A DNA stretch of 15,761 nt from Armatimonadota bacterium (GCA_037446215.1 JBBIJB010000056.1:1-15761); one strand, 5' to 3'; shown: positions 8,084-15,761, numbered from the stretch's first letter. Notes: a model not told the origin generated them from the sequence alone. Made by a program: numbers and translations.

Positions 8084-9154
8084 ATGAACGCGGTAACGGT
8101 GACCGGCCTGTGGAAGGAGTTCGACGAGGTCGTCGCGGTCAGGGACGTCTCGTTCGAGGTGGGTCCGGAGGAGTTCTTCACGCTGCTCGGGCCCAGCGGC
8201 TGCGGCAAGACCACGACCCTGCGCTGCGTAGCAGGCCTTGAGTCGCCCACCCGGGGCGAGATCGTGATAGGCGGCCAGACGGTAAGCGCCCCGGCAAGAG
8301 GGGTCTACGTGCCGCCCGAGAGGCGCCTTCTCGGAATGGTCTTCCAGAACTACGCCGTCTGGCCCCACATGACCGTGTTTGACAACGTCGCATACCCGCT
8401 GAAGGTCGCGGGCGAGGCGAGGGCCAGGATCGCGGCGAGGGTCTCGGAGGTGCTGGGGGTGGTCGAGCTCCACGGCCTCGGGGAGCGGTACCCTCACCAG
8501 CTCTCAGGAGGCCAGCAGCAGCGTGTGGCGCTCGCCAGGGCCCTGGCGGGCAGCCCGGAGATACTGCTGCTCGACGAGCCCCTCTCGAACCTCGACGCCA
8601 AGCTCCGGGAGCAGATGCGGTTCGAACTCAAGGAGCTGCAGAGGCGGATGCGGATCCCGATTCTCTACGTCACCCACGACCAGGCCGAGGCGATGGCGCT
8701 ATCCGACCGCCTGGCCGTGATGTCCGAGGGCCTGGTCGCCCAGGTGGGAAAGCCGGCGCAGATCTACCGGCAGCCCGCCACTCGGTTCGTCGCCGACTTC
8801 ATCGGCCAGATGAACTTCCTCCAGGCGAGCGTCATCGATACGGCGGCGGGCGCGGCCAAGGTGGAGGTGGAGGGCTGCGCCTTCTCCGCCGAGAACCCGT
8901 CGGGCCTAGGCGGCAGAGTCGTGGTGGCGGTGCGGCCCGAAGACCTCGAGCTGGGCGCGGCCGAGGGACTCCCTGCGCGCGTGGAGGTGCGCAACTTCCT
9001 GGGGAACCTCGCCGAGTACAAGGTAAGGCTTGACTCGGGCCAGACGCTGCGGGTGCAGACCCCGCCGTCAGCCCTGTTCGAGGAGGGATCGCGAACCGTC
9101 GTGGCGATCGACCGCGGGATCTTGTTCGAGTCGGGGGAGGTCGCCGGCCATTGA
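8084..9154 (+). CDS. ABC transporter ATP-binding protein (FbpC/AfuC/PotA-type, C-terminal TOBE-like domain)
   Basis: Walker A GPSGCGKT, Q-loop VFQNYA, signature LSGGQQQR, Walker B LLLDEP and H-loop YVTHD. GAGGTGA (8069-8075) lies 8 nt upstream of ATG 8084; GTG 8072 is the alternative start. Confidence 0.95.
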   Translation: MNAVTVTGLWKEFDEVVAVRDVSFEVGPEEFFTLLGPSGCGKTTTLRCVAGLESPTRGEIVIGGQTVSAPARGVYVPPERRLLGMVFQNYAVWPHMTVFDNVAYPLKVAGEARARIAARVSEVLGVVELHGLGERYPHQLSGGQQQRVALARALAGSPEILLLDEPLSNLDAKLREQMRFELKELQRRMRIPILYVTHDQAEAMALSDRLAVMSEGLVAQVGKPAQIYRQPATRFVADFIGQMNFLQASVIDTAAGAAKVEVEGCAFSAENPSGLGGRVVVAVRPEDLELGAAEGLPARVEVRNFLGNLAEYKVRLDSGQTLRVQTPPSALFEEGSRTVVAIDRGILFESGEVAGH

Positions 9155-9966
9155 AGATAGCTGCCTCGACCTCGACCACCCGTGAGCTGCCGATTCCCGA
9201 GGCGATGGAGCTTGTCGCGAGGACCGGATACGAGGGGCTGGAGATCTGGGTCGAGCACATCTGGAAGCAGCGCCAGGCACCCGTCGCCCTGCGGCGGCTG
9301 GCATCGGAGCTTAGGCTGTTACTGACGATGCACGGCCCCCAGCGCGACCTCAACGTCACCTCGTCCAACGCCGGCATCAGGGCCGAGTCCCAGCGCCAGT
9401 ACCTTGCGGCGCTGGAGGACGCGGCAGAGCTCGGCGCCGAGCTAATCGTACTGCACCCCGGGGCGCTCTCCTCGAGCGGCGACGACCCCACCGCTTTCTG
9501 GCCGATACTGCGCGAGTTCTTTGCCGTCGTGGCCGAGAGGGGCGACGAGCTTGGGGTCCGCGTCGGCGTGGAGAACATGGAGCGGCGAAGGCTTGAGTTC
9601 GTCACCTCACCGGAGGCGGTCCTCTCACTGATATCGGCCATCGGTTCAGGACGGCTGGGCATCACCCTGGACCTCGCCCACTGCCTGTACGACGGCCAGG
9701 AGGTCGGGCTCGACGGACTGGCCTCTCACGTCTGCCACGTCCACATCTCCGGCTCGACTAGGGACAAGGTCCACGTGCCGCTGGACGAGGGCATCTATGG
9801 GATGCGTGAGGCGGTGGAGAGGCTCGTGCCGCTCTACGGAGGCGTGGTGGCGATCGAGGGTTTCGTGAGAGGACAGGCCCCGCACGTGCTGCGGCGCAAC
9901 TACGATCTAGCCCGCCTGTGGCTGGAGGGATCCAGCCTCCCGGCGGCTGGTTCGGCTACCGTCTAG
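9151..9966 (+). CDS. Sugar-phosphate isomerase/epimerase family protein (xylose isomerase-like / AP_endonuc_2 TIM barrel)
   Basis: Motifs GYEGLEIW, MHGP..DLN, IVLHPG, GVENM, TLDLAH, HVHIS, HVPLDEG and AIEG. The TTG start overlaps the ATPase stop (TTGA, 9151-9154). Confidence 0.88.
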   Translation: MKIAASTSTTRELPIPEAMELVARTGYEGLEIWVEHIWKQRQAPVALRRLASELRLLLTMHGPQRDLNVTSSNAGIRAESQRQYLAALEDAAELGAELIVLHPGALSSSGDDPTAFWPILREFFAVVAERGDELGVRVGVENMERRRLEFVTSPEAVLSLISAIGSGRLGITLDLAHCLYDGQEVGLDGLASHVCHVHISGSTRDKVHVPLDEGIYGMREAVERLVPLYGGVVAIEGFVRGQAPHVLRRNYDLARLWLEGSSLPAAGSATV

Positions 9967-11327
9967 CCCAGGCCCGCGAAGCCGTCCAGGACCCGGGCAA
10001 TGTGGCGGGCGGCGTTGAGGAAGTCCGATATCCGCACATGCTCGTCCGGCGCGTGGGTGCGGTTGTCCGCGTACCCGACGCCCGCGGTCACCACCGGGAT
10101 CCCCAGGGGCTGGGCAAACGCGTAGAAGGGGCTGCTGCCGCCGCCGACGGGCTGAATGAGGGCGGGCAGGCCGTAGACCTCCTCGCCCGTCCTCGCTGTC
10201 AGCGCGACCAGCGGGTCGTCGACCGACACCCTGGACGGCCACATCGCGCCGTTCCATGTCAACTCAACTTCGTCGAATCCTCCCCGGTCGAGGTGCTCTC
10301 TGAGCAGGGCGAAGATCCTCTTGGGATCCTGGTCCGGCACGAGGCGGAAATCGATCTTGGCCGAGGCTCTGGCCGGTATCACCGTCTTGGTGCCAGGTCC
10401 CTGGTAGCCAGCGGTCAGCCCTTGGATGTTGCAGGTCGGCTCGAAGATCGCGCGATTGAGCTCCGGACCCGAGAGACCCCGGACGAATGCTCGCACGCCG
10501 TAGACCTCCCGCATGTGGCTCTCGAGGTCCGGGAGGGCGTCCAGCAGCTCGAGATCCCGGGGCGTAGGCGCCAGCGCCTCGTCGTAGAACCCCTCTACCC
10601 GGATCCGCCCGTCCGGGCCCATCAGCGTAGAGAGCGCCCCGAGCAGCCGCCAGGCCGCATTGGGCAACATGTGCGCCGCACCGGAGTGGGCATCGCGTCG
10701 CATCGTAGCTACCGACAGCTCCACGGCAAGTATCCCGCGCCGTCCTAGCGAGACGATCGGTCGGCCTGTCGCGTCTACCCCGCCCTCTTCCCATACGGCG
10801 CCGTCGCAGTCCAATAGCTCCCTGTTCTCCCGAACGAACGCGGCGATATGCGGGCTCGCGGTCTCCTCCTCCCCCTCCACAACGAATAGGACCCCGCAGG
10901 GCGGTGTGCCGCCGTGCGCCTCGCGGACGGCATCCACCGCCGCCACCCGTGCGACGAACTCGCCCTTGTCGTCCTTGGCGCCCCGGGCGTACAGCGCCCC
11001 ATCCCGCACCTCCGGCTCAAACGGCGGCGACGTCCAGAGATCGAGAGGCTCCGGCGGCTGAACATCGTAGTGGTTGTAGAAGAGCAAGGTCCGCTCCGAG
11101 CGGCCCCGCAGCCGTCCGACCACGACGGGATTGCCAGGCGTCTCCACCAAGCGGGTCTCAAAACCCCGCCTGCTAAGCACCCCCGCGACCGCCTCCGCGC
11201 AGGCGCGCATCTCGCCGCGGCTCCCGCTCGCGGAGACGCTGGGCAGCGCGCAAAGATCGGCGGTCTCTCCTATGTACGACTCCAGGCGTCGGCCCAGGTA
11301 GCGGTCGATCTCCACGGCCGCTGTCAT
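9963..11327 (-). CDS. M20/M25/M40-family metallopeptidase (dipeptidase/deacylase-like)
   Basis: Zn motifs YNHYDVQP, ARGAKDDKG, VEGEEE, WEEG and HAPDE. ATG 11327 follows GAGGGGG by 8 nt; ATG 11348, which overlaps the upstream stop, is the alternative start. Confidence 0.92.
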   Translation of the reverse strand: MTAAVEIDRYLGRRLESYIGETADLCALPSVSASGSRGEMRACAEAVAGVLSRRGFETRLVETPGNPVVVGRLRGRSERTLLFYNHYDVQPPEPLDLWTSPPFEPEVRDGALYARGAKDDKGEFVARVAAVDAVREAHGGTPPCGVLFVVEGEEETASPHIAAFVRENRELLDCDGAVWEEGGVDATGRPIVSLGRRGILAVELSVATMRRDAHSGAAHMLPNAAWRLLGALSTLMGPDGRIRVEGFYDEALAPTPRDLELLDALPDLESHMREVYGVRAFVRGLSGPELNRAIFEPTCNIQGLTAGYQGPGTKTVIPARASAKIDFRLVPDQDPKRIFALLREHLDRGGFDEVELTWNGAMWPSRVSVDDPLVALTARTGEEVYGLPALIQPVGGGSSPFYAFAQPLGIPVVTAGVGYADNRTHAPDEHVRISDFLNAARHIARVLDGFAGLG

Positions 11328-11344
11328 GGTCGCATCCCCCTCGC

Positions 11345-12532
11345 TCATGATCCGGCTGCGGACCTGTAGGCGGGCAGCGCCTCTCGCATCCGCCTGACGC
11401 CCTCGCGGATGTTCTCCTTGCTGTTGGCATACGAGAACCGGAGATACCCCGCCCCCCCCTCACCGAACGAACTCCCCGCCAGGCAGGCCACGCCAGCCTC
11501 CTCAAGCAGGAAGGCAGCCAGCCTCCTGGCGTCGGAGTCGACCGCCGATATGTTCGGGAAGGCGTAGAAGGCGCCCCGCGGCATGGTACAGCGGACGCCC
11601 TCAGTTGCGTTCAGTTCCTCCACCATGACCTGACGTCGGGAGCGGAACTCGGAGACCATCGCGTCCACGGCCTCCTGAGGCCCCGACAGCGCAGCTATCG
11701 TCGCCATCTGAGCGAAGGCCGCGGCGCAGGAGTTGGAGTTGATCATCAGCTGCGCCATGCGCTCCACCAGATCGGCGCGCATGGCCCCGAAGCCGATCCG
11801 CCAGCCGGTCATCGCGTAGGTCTTGGAGAGGCCGTCCATGATTATCGTACGCTCCGCCATGCCGGGAAGGCTGGCGATGCTGTGCTGCTCACCCTCGTAG
11901 ACCATCCGGCCGTAGATCTCGTCGCTCAGCACATGCGCATCGCTGGAGAGGACCGCCTCCGCCACCGCCTCTAGGTCTTCCCGATCCAGCATCGAGCCGC
12001 AGGGGTTGTGGGGGGAGTTGAGCACCACAAGGCGGGTGCGCGGCCCGACCAGAGAGCGCAGCTCATCTACGTCGAACCTGAACCCCGTCTCCTCGCGCAG
12101 CCGTAGAGGCCTGAGCTCGGCTCCCACGAATCGCGCGGCCGACTCGTAGATCGGGTAGCCGGGATCGGGGTAGACCACCTCATCCCCCGGATTCACCAGG
12201 GCGAGCATAGCGAAGAGCAGGATGTTCTTCGATCCCGGAACGATGATGACCTGGGTCGGGTCGAAGGGGATCCCCCGCGTGCGGGCCACATATGCGGCTA
12301 CCGCCTCGCGTGCTGCCATGATGCCGGCGGCCGGCGTGTAGTGCGTGTAGCCGTCGCGCAGCGCGCGGATCGCCGCCTCGGTTATGTGTTCCGGGGTATC
12401 GAAGTCCGGCTCGCCTATCTCGAGGTGAACAATATGCTTGCCCTGCGCCTCGAGGCGCCGGGCCTTTGCCAGCACCTCGAAGGCGTTCTCTGTCCCGAGC
12501 GTCTGCATTCGCGAAGCCAAGGTAAGGTCCAT
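11345..12532 (-). CDS. PLP-dependent aminotransferase class I/II (aspartate aminotransferase-like)
   Basis: Motifs IGEPDFDTP, YTHYT, NSPHNPCG, SDEIY, the PLP-lysine motif GLSKTYAMTGWRIG, GAFYAF and LRFSY. RBS AGGAGG lies just upstream on the minus strand. Confidence 0.95.
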   Translation of the reverse strand: MDLTLASRMQTLGTENAFEVLAKARRLEAQGKHIVHLEIGEPDFDTPEHITEAAIRALRDGYTHYTPAAGIMAAREAVAAYVARTRGIPFDPTQVIIVPGSKNILLFAMLALVNPGDEVVYPDPGYPIYESAARFVGAELRPLRLREETGFRFDVDELRSLVGPRTRLVVLNSPHNPCGSMLDREDLEAVAEAVLSSDAHVLSDEIYGRMVYEGEQHSIASLPGMAERTIIMDGLSKTYAMTGWRIGFGAMRADLVERMAQLMINSNSCAAAFAQMATIAALSGPQEAVDAMVSEFRSRRQVMVEELNATEGVRCTMPRGAFYAFPNISAVDSDARRLAAFLLEEAGVACLAGSSFGEGGAGYLRFSYANSKENIREGVRRMREALPAYRSAAGS

Positions 12533-12553
12533 CGGAGCCTCCTGCTCAGAGCC

Positions 12554-12581
12554 GGGGGCCGGGCGAGATCGCCCGGTCCCC
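12554..12581. other. GC-rich 12-bp stem-loop in the 5' leader of the aminotransferase operon
   Basis: GGGGGCCGGGCG-AGAT-CGCCCGGTCCCC, with one G.T on the + strand (a C/A mismatch in the minus-strand RNA). No U-tract on either side. Confidence 0.6.
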
Positions 12582-12640
12582 TAGAGATGAGTTGTTCTGC
12601 CGAAGGGCGGCTCGATCCTCCAGACCGGACGGGTGCCTCT

Positions 12641-12670
12641 TTGCGCGTGGCGCTACGCCTCTGCTAGAAT
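12641..12670 (+). promoter_or_regulatory. Sigma70-type promoter with extended -10 for the dehydrogenase gene
   Basis: TTGCGC (12641-12646), an 18-nt spacer and TAGAAT (12665-12670) preceded by TGn (12662-12664), about 50 nt upstream of ATG 12720. Confidence 0.6.
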
Positions 12671-12719
12671 CATCTTCGGCGCGTCCCAAACACTGGAAGA
12701 AGAGGTGGTATCCCAAGAG

Positions 12720-13685
12720 ATGGAAAACGTGAAGGTCACCCAGTACGGTCTCGGTCCTATCGGCCTCGGGATCTCCGCGGTCCTGGTCGAGCGTGGATAC
12801 GACATCGTCTCCGCCGTGGATGTGGACCCCAAGAAGGCGGGCGTCGATCTTGGAACCCTTCTTGAGAGGGACCCGCTGGGGGTCGTGCTGACTCCCGACG
12901 CAGAGGCCGCCCTCTCCGCGGCCCCGCAGGTGGTCATCCACACGACGCAGTCGCACCTGTCAAAGGTCATGCCCCAGCTGCTCGGCTGTATCGAGGCGGG
13001 AGCGAACGTGATATCTACGTCAGAAGAGCTCGCGTTCCCCTGGTACCATCATCCCAAGGAGGCCAAGGATCTGGACGAGGCCGCCAGGGCAAACGGCGTA
13101 ACCGTGGTCGGCGTCGGGGTGAACCCCGGCTTCGTGATGGACCTGCTGCCGGTCGTCCTGACCGCGCCCTGCAGGGAGGTACGCGCCATCCGCGTTACGC
13201 GGGTGGTCGATGCCGGGCTGCGCAGGCTGCCCCTGCAGCGCAAGGTCGGGGCCGGAATGGACCGGGCCACGTTCGAGGAGGGAGTGCGGACGGGCCGGAT
13301 GGGCCACGTCGGGCTTCCCGAGTCGGTGGCGATGATCGCCGACGCGATGGGCTGGGAGCTGGAGTCGATCACCGAGAAGATCGATCCGGTAATGGAGGCC
13401 GACGTCGTCAGGGGGCTGCACCAGATCGCCGCCGGAACTGCCGGCGGGCAAGAGGTCATCACGCTGGACCTGACGATGGCCGTCGGCGCGCCCAACGCAC
13501 GCGACGCAGTGACCGTGGAGGGCAATCCACCGATCGAGATGATCGTCCGGGGAGGCATTCACGGCGACGTTGCCACGTGCGCGATCGCCGTCAACGCGAT
13601 CCCGATAGTGCTGGCCTCCCCCCCGGGCCTGTCGGCTCCTCACAGGCTCGCGGCGCTGCACTGGGGAGGCGGCCCCAGGGCCTAG
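12720..13685 (+). CDS. NAD(P)-dependent oxidoreductase of the 2,4-diaminopentanoate dehydrogenase / native amine dehydrogenase family (DapB_N-like N-terminus)
   Basis: Rossmann motif QYGLGPIG...AVDVDPKKAGVDLG, plus GANVISTSEELAFPW, GVTVVGVGVNPGFVMD, GHVGLPES and GGIHGDVATCAIAVNAIP. RBS-like AGAGGTGG at 12701-12708. Confidence 0.82.
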   Translation: MENVKVTQYGLGPIGLGISAVLVERGYDIVSAVDVDPKKAGVDLGTLLERDPLGVVLTPDAEAALSAAPQVVIHTTQSHLSKVMPQLLGCIEAGANVISTSEELAFPWYHHPKEAKDLDEAARANGVTVVGVGVNPGFVMDLLPVVLTAPCREVRAIRVTRVVDAGLRRLPLQRKVGAGMDRATFEEGVRTGRMGHVGLPESVAMIADAMGWELESITEKIDPVMEADVVRGLHQIAAGTAGGQEVITLDLTMAVGAPNARDAVTVEGNPPIEMIVRGGIHGDVATCAIAVNAIPIVLASPPGLSAPHRLAALHWGGGPRA

Positions 13686-13734
13686 GCCTTCGGGGGGCGC
13701 CCGGGACCCAACCACCGCCTCGCAGGGGCGGCTG

Positions 13735-14835
13735 TCACGAGAGGCGCCTCAGTACGAAGAGCGCCAGCCCAACGGCCAACGCTGCCTCCGCGGCCAGCGA
13801 CAGGAGACCGTACCAGAACAGGAGATCGGGTGCCGGGCCGTCGCACGCCGGGCCGCTCCCGCGTCCTCTCCAGCGAAACAGCCGCCGAATGCGGCATCGG
13901 GCCTCATCTCTGCCACGGCTCTCCAGGCCGGGGCATCGCAGGGCTATCTCGAGTAGGCGTACGCCGTCGGTGTTAAGCACCGGAAGGGCGTTCCACGCGA
14001 CTCGCGCCGCAAGCGCGCAGGCGAGGAGAGCCAGGGGCTCGCCTGCCCGGGGCAGGAAGCGGTACGCGAGCGCGGCCGCCGCGGCGAGCCAGGCGTCAGT
14101 GAGGGGCCCCGCGGCAACCACCCAGAGGCGCTTCATCCTGGGGAGCGTCCACAGGCCTGGGATCTCCACGAAGAAGGCGGGGCGCCAGCCGACCGCCGAG
14201 ATCCCAAGGCGGCTCGCCGGCGCCCCGGACTGCGCCGCGGCGGCTCCGTGGGCCAACTCGTGGACTACCCCGAGCAGCCACGCCGTCGCAGCCGTCGCGG
14301 CTAGGCGCGTCGCGCCGGCCCCTGTGGTGGAGAGCGTGGAGAGAGCTCCCTGGAGCCCCGGCGCGGCCCAGAGGCCGGCCGCGATTGACAGGCAGAAGCA
14401 CGCGGCGGCAGCCGGAGCAGGGACGGCCGCTGCGAGGCGGCCCGCATGCTCGAGCAAGCGGGCAGGCCGGACCAGCCCTATTCGGGGCCCGGCCCTGCTC
14501 ATCTGGGGCCCCTGGCCCCCTCCGTAAGGCCCCTCTACTAGCCCCGCCGCCTGGAGCAGCCCTACATACCTCTTGACGGCGAGGGCGTCTATCGAAGGCC
14601 CGTCTGGCCGTGAGGCAGCAGCGAGTCGATCGATGTCGCGGGTACCGTCCATCAGGAGGAACAGGGCTGCCTCATCCTCCCCCAGGAGGTAGATCCGCCC
14701 CTGCGGGGTATGTGCGATCAAGCCCCGGCGCCGGCCGTTCGGCCATGCGGGTTCCACGGTCACGCCGGGGCGGTGGCGCGGACACTCCGAGGGTACGGCG
14801 TCAGGTGGTCCAGCGGAACCGTGATACGGAGACAA
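13735..14835 (-). CDS. Fusion of a PqqD/RRE-like domain with an M50 (site-2 protease family) intramembrane zinc metalloprotease
   Basis: The N-terminal part (GRIYLLGEDEAALFLLMDGTRDIDRLAA...VKRYVGLLQAAGLVE) has a winged-helix RRE pattern. M50 motifs are HELAH (14262-14248), VAAGP and NALPVLNTDG, with several TM segments. The start is uncertain (TTG 14835 or GTG 14763). Confidence 0.82.
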   Translation of the reverse strand: MSPYHGSAGPPDAVPSECPRHRPGVTVEPAWPNGRRRGLIAHTPQGRIYLLGEDEAALFLLMDGTRDIDRLAAASRPDGPSIDALAVKRYVGLLQAAGLVEGPYGGGQGPQMSRAGPRIGLVRPARLLEHAGRLAAAVPAPAAAACFCLSIAAGLWAAPGLQGALSTLSTTGAGATRLAATAATAWLLGVVHELAHGAAAAQSGAPASRLGISAVGWRPAFFVEIPGLWTLPRMKRLWVVAAGPLTDAWLAAAAALAYRFLPRAGEPLALLACALAARVAWNALPVLNTDGVRLLEIALRCPGLESRGRDEARCRIRRLFRWRGRGSGPACDGPAPDLLFWYGLLSLAAEAALAVGLALFVLRRLS

Positions 14836-15577
14836 GCGAGCCCACCAGCCCCCAGAGCGTGAGGATGATCAGATCGGCCACCACAGCGTGGGGCCCGGCT
14901 CCCGAGATCGCCGCCCGCAGCCCATCAAGGAAGTGGGTCAGGGGAAGCGCGGCCGCCAGCGCCTGTAGAGGTCCGGGCAGCGAGTGGACCGGGAAGTACG
15001 CTCCGCAGAGGAAGGTCATGGGGAAGAAGAGCAGGGCGGCCATGGAGTTGGCGCCCTCGACCGATCTTGCGACCGATCCGACCGCGAAGCCCGTCGCAAG
15101 GAAGGCCGGGATGCCAACTGCCAGCACGCATCCGAGTGTGAGCGGATGGGCCGAGATGGGGACCCCAAGCACCCATCTGCCGGCTGCCGCGAGCAGAAGG
15201 CCGGAGAGCAGCACCACTGCCCCCCTCGAGAGCATCTGCCCCGCGAGGAACTGCCAAGTCGGGATAGGCACCAGGGCGAGACGCTTCAGGAATCCACTGC
15301 TGCGGTAGTGCGCGATCACGGTTCCGATGCTGTAGTACGAGGTCGAGGCGAGCACCATCCCCGTGACACCGGGAACGAGAGAGGCCTCGTGGCCCTGCCG
15401 GGCTCCCAGGACGCTGCCGAGCAGCAAGAGCAGGAACAAGGGAAAGAAGAAGGTCCAGAAGGCGGCCTGCGGTATGCGCCAGAACAGCTTCCACTCAATC
15501 AGGGCGATGCTCCCGATGCACCTTTGGGGTGAGGAAGGCACCAGCGGCACAGGCCTCTCAGGCCTCGGGCTCACCAC
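14801..15577 (-). CDS. ABC-2 type exporter permease
   Basis: EWKLFWRIPQAAFWTFFFPLFLLLLLG, LVPGVTGM, YRSSGFLKRLALVPI, FPMTFLCGAYFP, ALPLTH and a C-terminal RFRW; about six TM segments. The GTG start overlaps the ATPase stop. Confidence 0.92.
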   Translation of the reverse strand: MVSPRPERPVPLVPSSPQRCIGSIALIEWKLFWRIPQAAFWTFFFPLFLLLLLGSVLGARQGHEASLVPGVTGMVLASTSYYSIGTVIAHYRSSGFLKRLALVPIPTWQFLAGQMLSRGAVVLLSGLLLAAAGRWVLGVPISAHPLTLGCVLAVGIPAFLATGFAVGSVARSVEGANSMAALLFFPMTFLCGAYFPVHSLPGPLQALAAALPLTHFLDGLRAAISGAGPHAVVADLIILTLWGLVGSLVSVSRFRWTT

Positions 15578-15761
15578 GGGGCGACCCCGGCTTCTGCCTC
15601 GCCGGTCAGGGCCAGGAATGCGGACTCGAAGTCACCGCCGGTGCGCCGGCAGAACTCCACCGGCGCACCCAGGGCTCGCAGCCTGCCTTTGTGTAGGACG
15701 GCAACCCGGTCGCAGAGAAGCCGGGCCTCCTCGAGATGGTGGGTGGCCAGCATGACTGTCC
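15571..15761 (-). CDS. ABC exporter ATP-binding protein, C-terminal part only (5'-truncated by the window edge)
   Basis: TVMLATHHLEEARLLCDRVAVLHKGRL is the H-loop region of DrrA/NodI-like ATPases, followed by the FESAFLALTG tail. Confidence 0.9.
   Translation of the reverse strand, partial: TVMLATHHLEEARLLCDRVAVLHKGRLRALGAPVEFCRRTGGDFESAFLALTGEAEAGVAPW

Noticed and set aside
12533..12719. Riboswitch, T-box or tRNA in the divergent intergenic region
   Set aside because: I found no recognisable conserved motif on either strand, and the space is largely taken up by two promoter-like elements and one hairpin.
12720..13685. Annotation as dihydrodipicolinate reductase (dapB) or as ord
   Set aside because: Only the Rossmann domain resembles DapB, the DapB EXHHXXKXDAPSGTA motif is absent, and the ornithine-pathway context needed to call ord is missing.
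13673..13731. Two small GC hairpins between the convergent genes (centred on GGCCTAGGCC at 13679-13688, and CCGCCTC-GCA-GGGGCGG at 13715-13731) considered as terminators
   Set aside because: The stems are short or imperfect, have no U-tract in either direction and could arise by chance at this GC content.
13682..13897. 71-aa minus-strand ORF considered as a RiPP precursor
   Set aside because: It mostly overlaps the 3' end of the M50 gene in another frame, has no convincing RBS and shows no leader/core character.
13577..14527. 316-aa + strand ORF and the many other long overlapping or antisense ORFs in the track (e.g. 2772-4148, 5368-6531, 7337-8497)
   Set aside because: They are Arg/Pro/Ala-rich, lack motifs and overlap well-supported genes. 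This is expected of shadow ORFs in high-GC DNA.
11345..14835. Idea that the dehydrogenase and aminotransferase are tailoring enzymes of the RRE-M50 cluster (daptide-like oxidation followed by amination)
   Set aside because: The dehydrogenase converges on the protease operon and has its own promoter. The aminotransferase is an ordinary class I/II enzyme paired with an M20 peptidase. Neither carries an RRE, and no precursor is visible. Only conserved synteny would revive the idea.

Overview
High-GC, gene-dense bacterial window with three blocks. (1) 1-9966, + strand: a long run of co-directional sugar/phosphosugar utilisation genes. It contains the end of a carbohydrate ABC permease, an Amidohydro_2 hydrolase, an XRE-HTH regulator, a PfkB-family kinase coupled to a GH4 6-phospho-glycosidase, an RpiR/MurR regulator, an Fbp/Afu-type ABC importer (binding protein, double permease, ATPase) and a TIM-barrel sugar-phosphate isomerase/epimerase. 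(2) 9963-13685: amino-acid/amine metabolism. A minus-strand class I/II PLP aminotransferase plus M20 metallopeptidase pair is transcribed divergently from an NAD(P)-dependent 2,4-diaminopentanoate-dehydrogenase/native amine-dehydrogenase-like gene. (3) 13735-15761, - strand: the distal end of an operon made of an ABC exporter (partial ATPase plus ABC-2 permease) and a fusion of a PqqD/RRE-like domain with an M50 intramembrane Zn protease. This looks like the maturation/export end of a RiPP cluster whose precursor lies beyond the window. I saw no rRNA, tRNA, CRISPR array or mobile element. All family calls come from motif recognition by eye; no searches were run.
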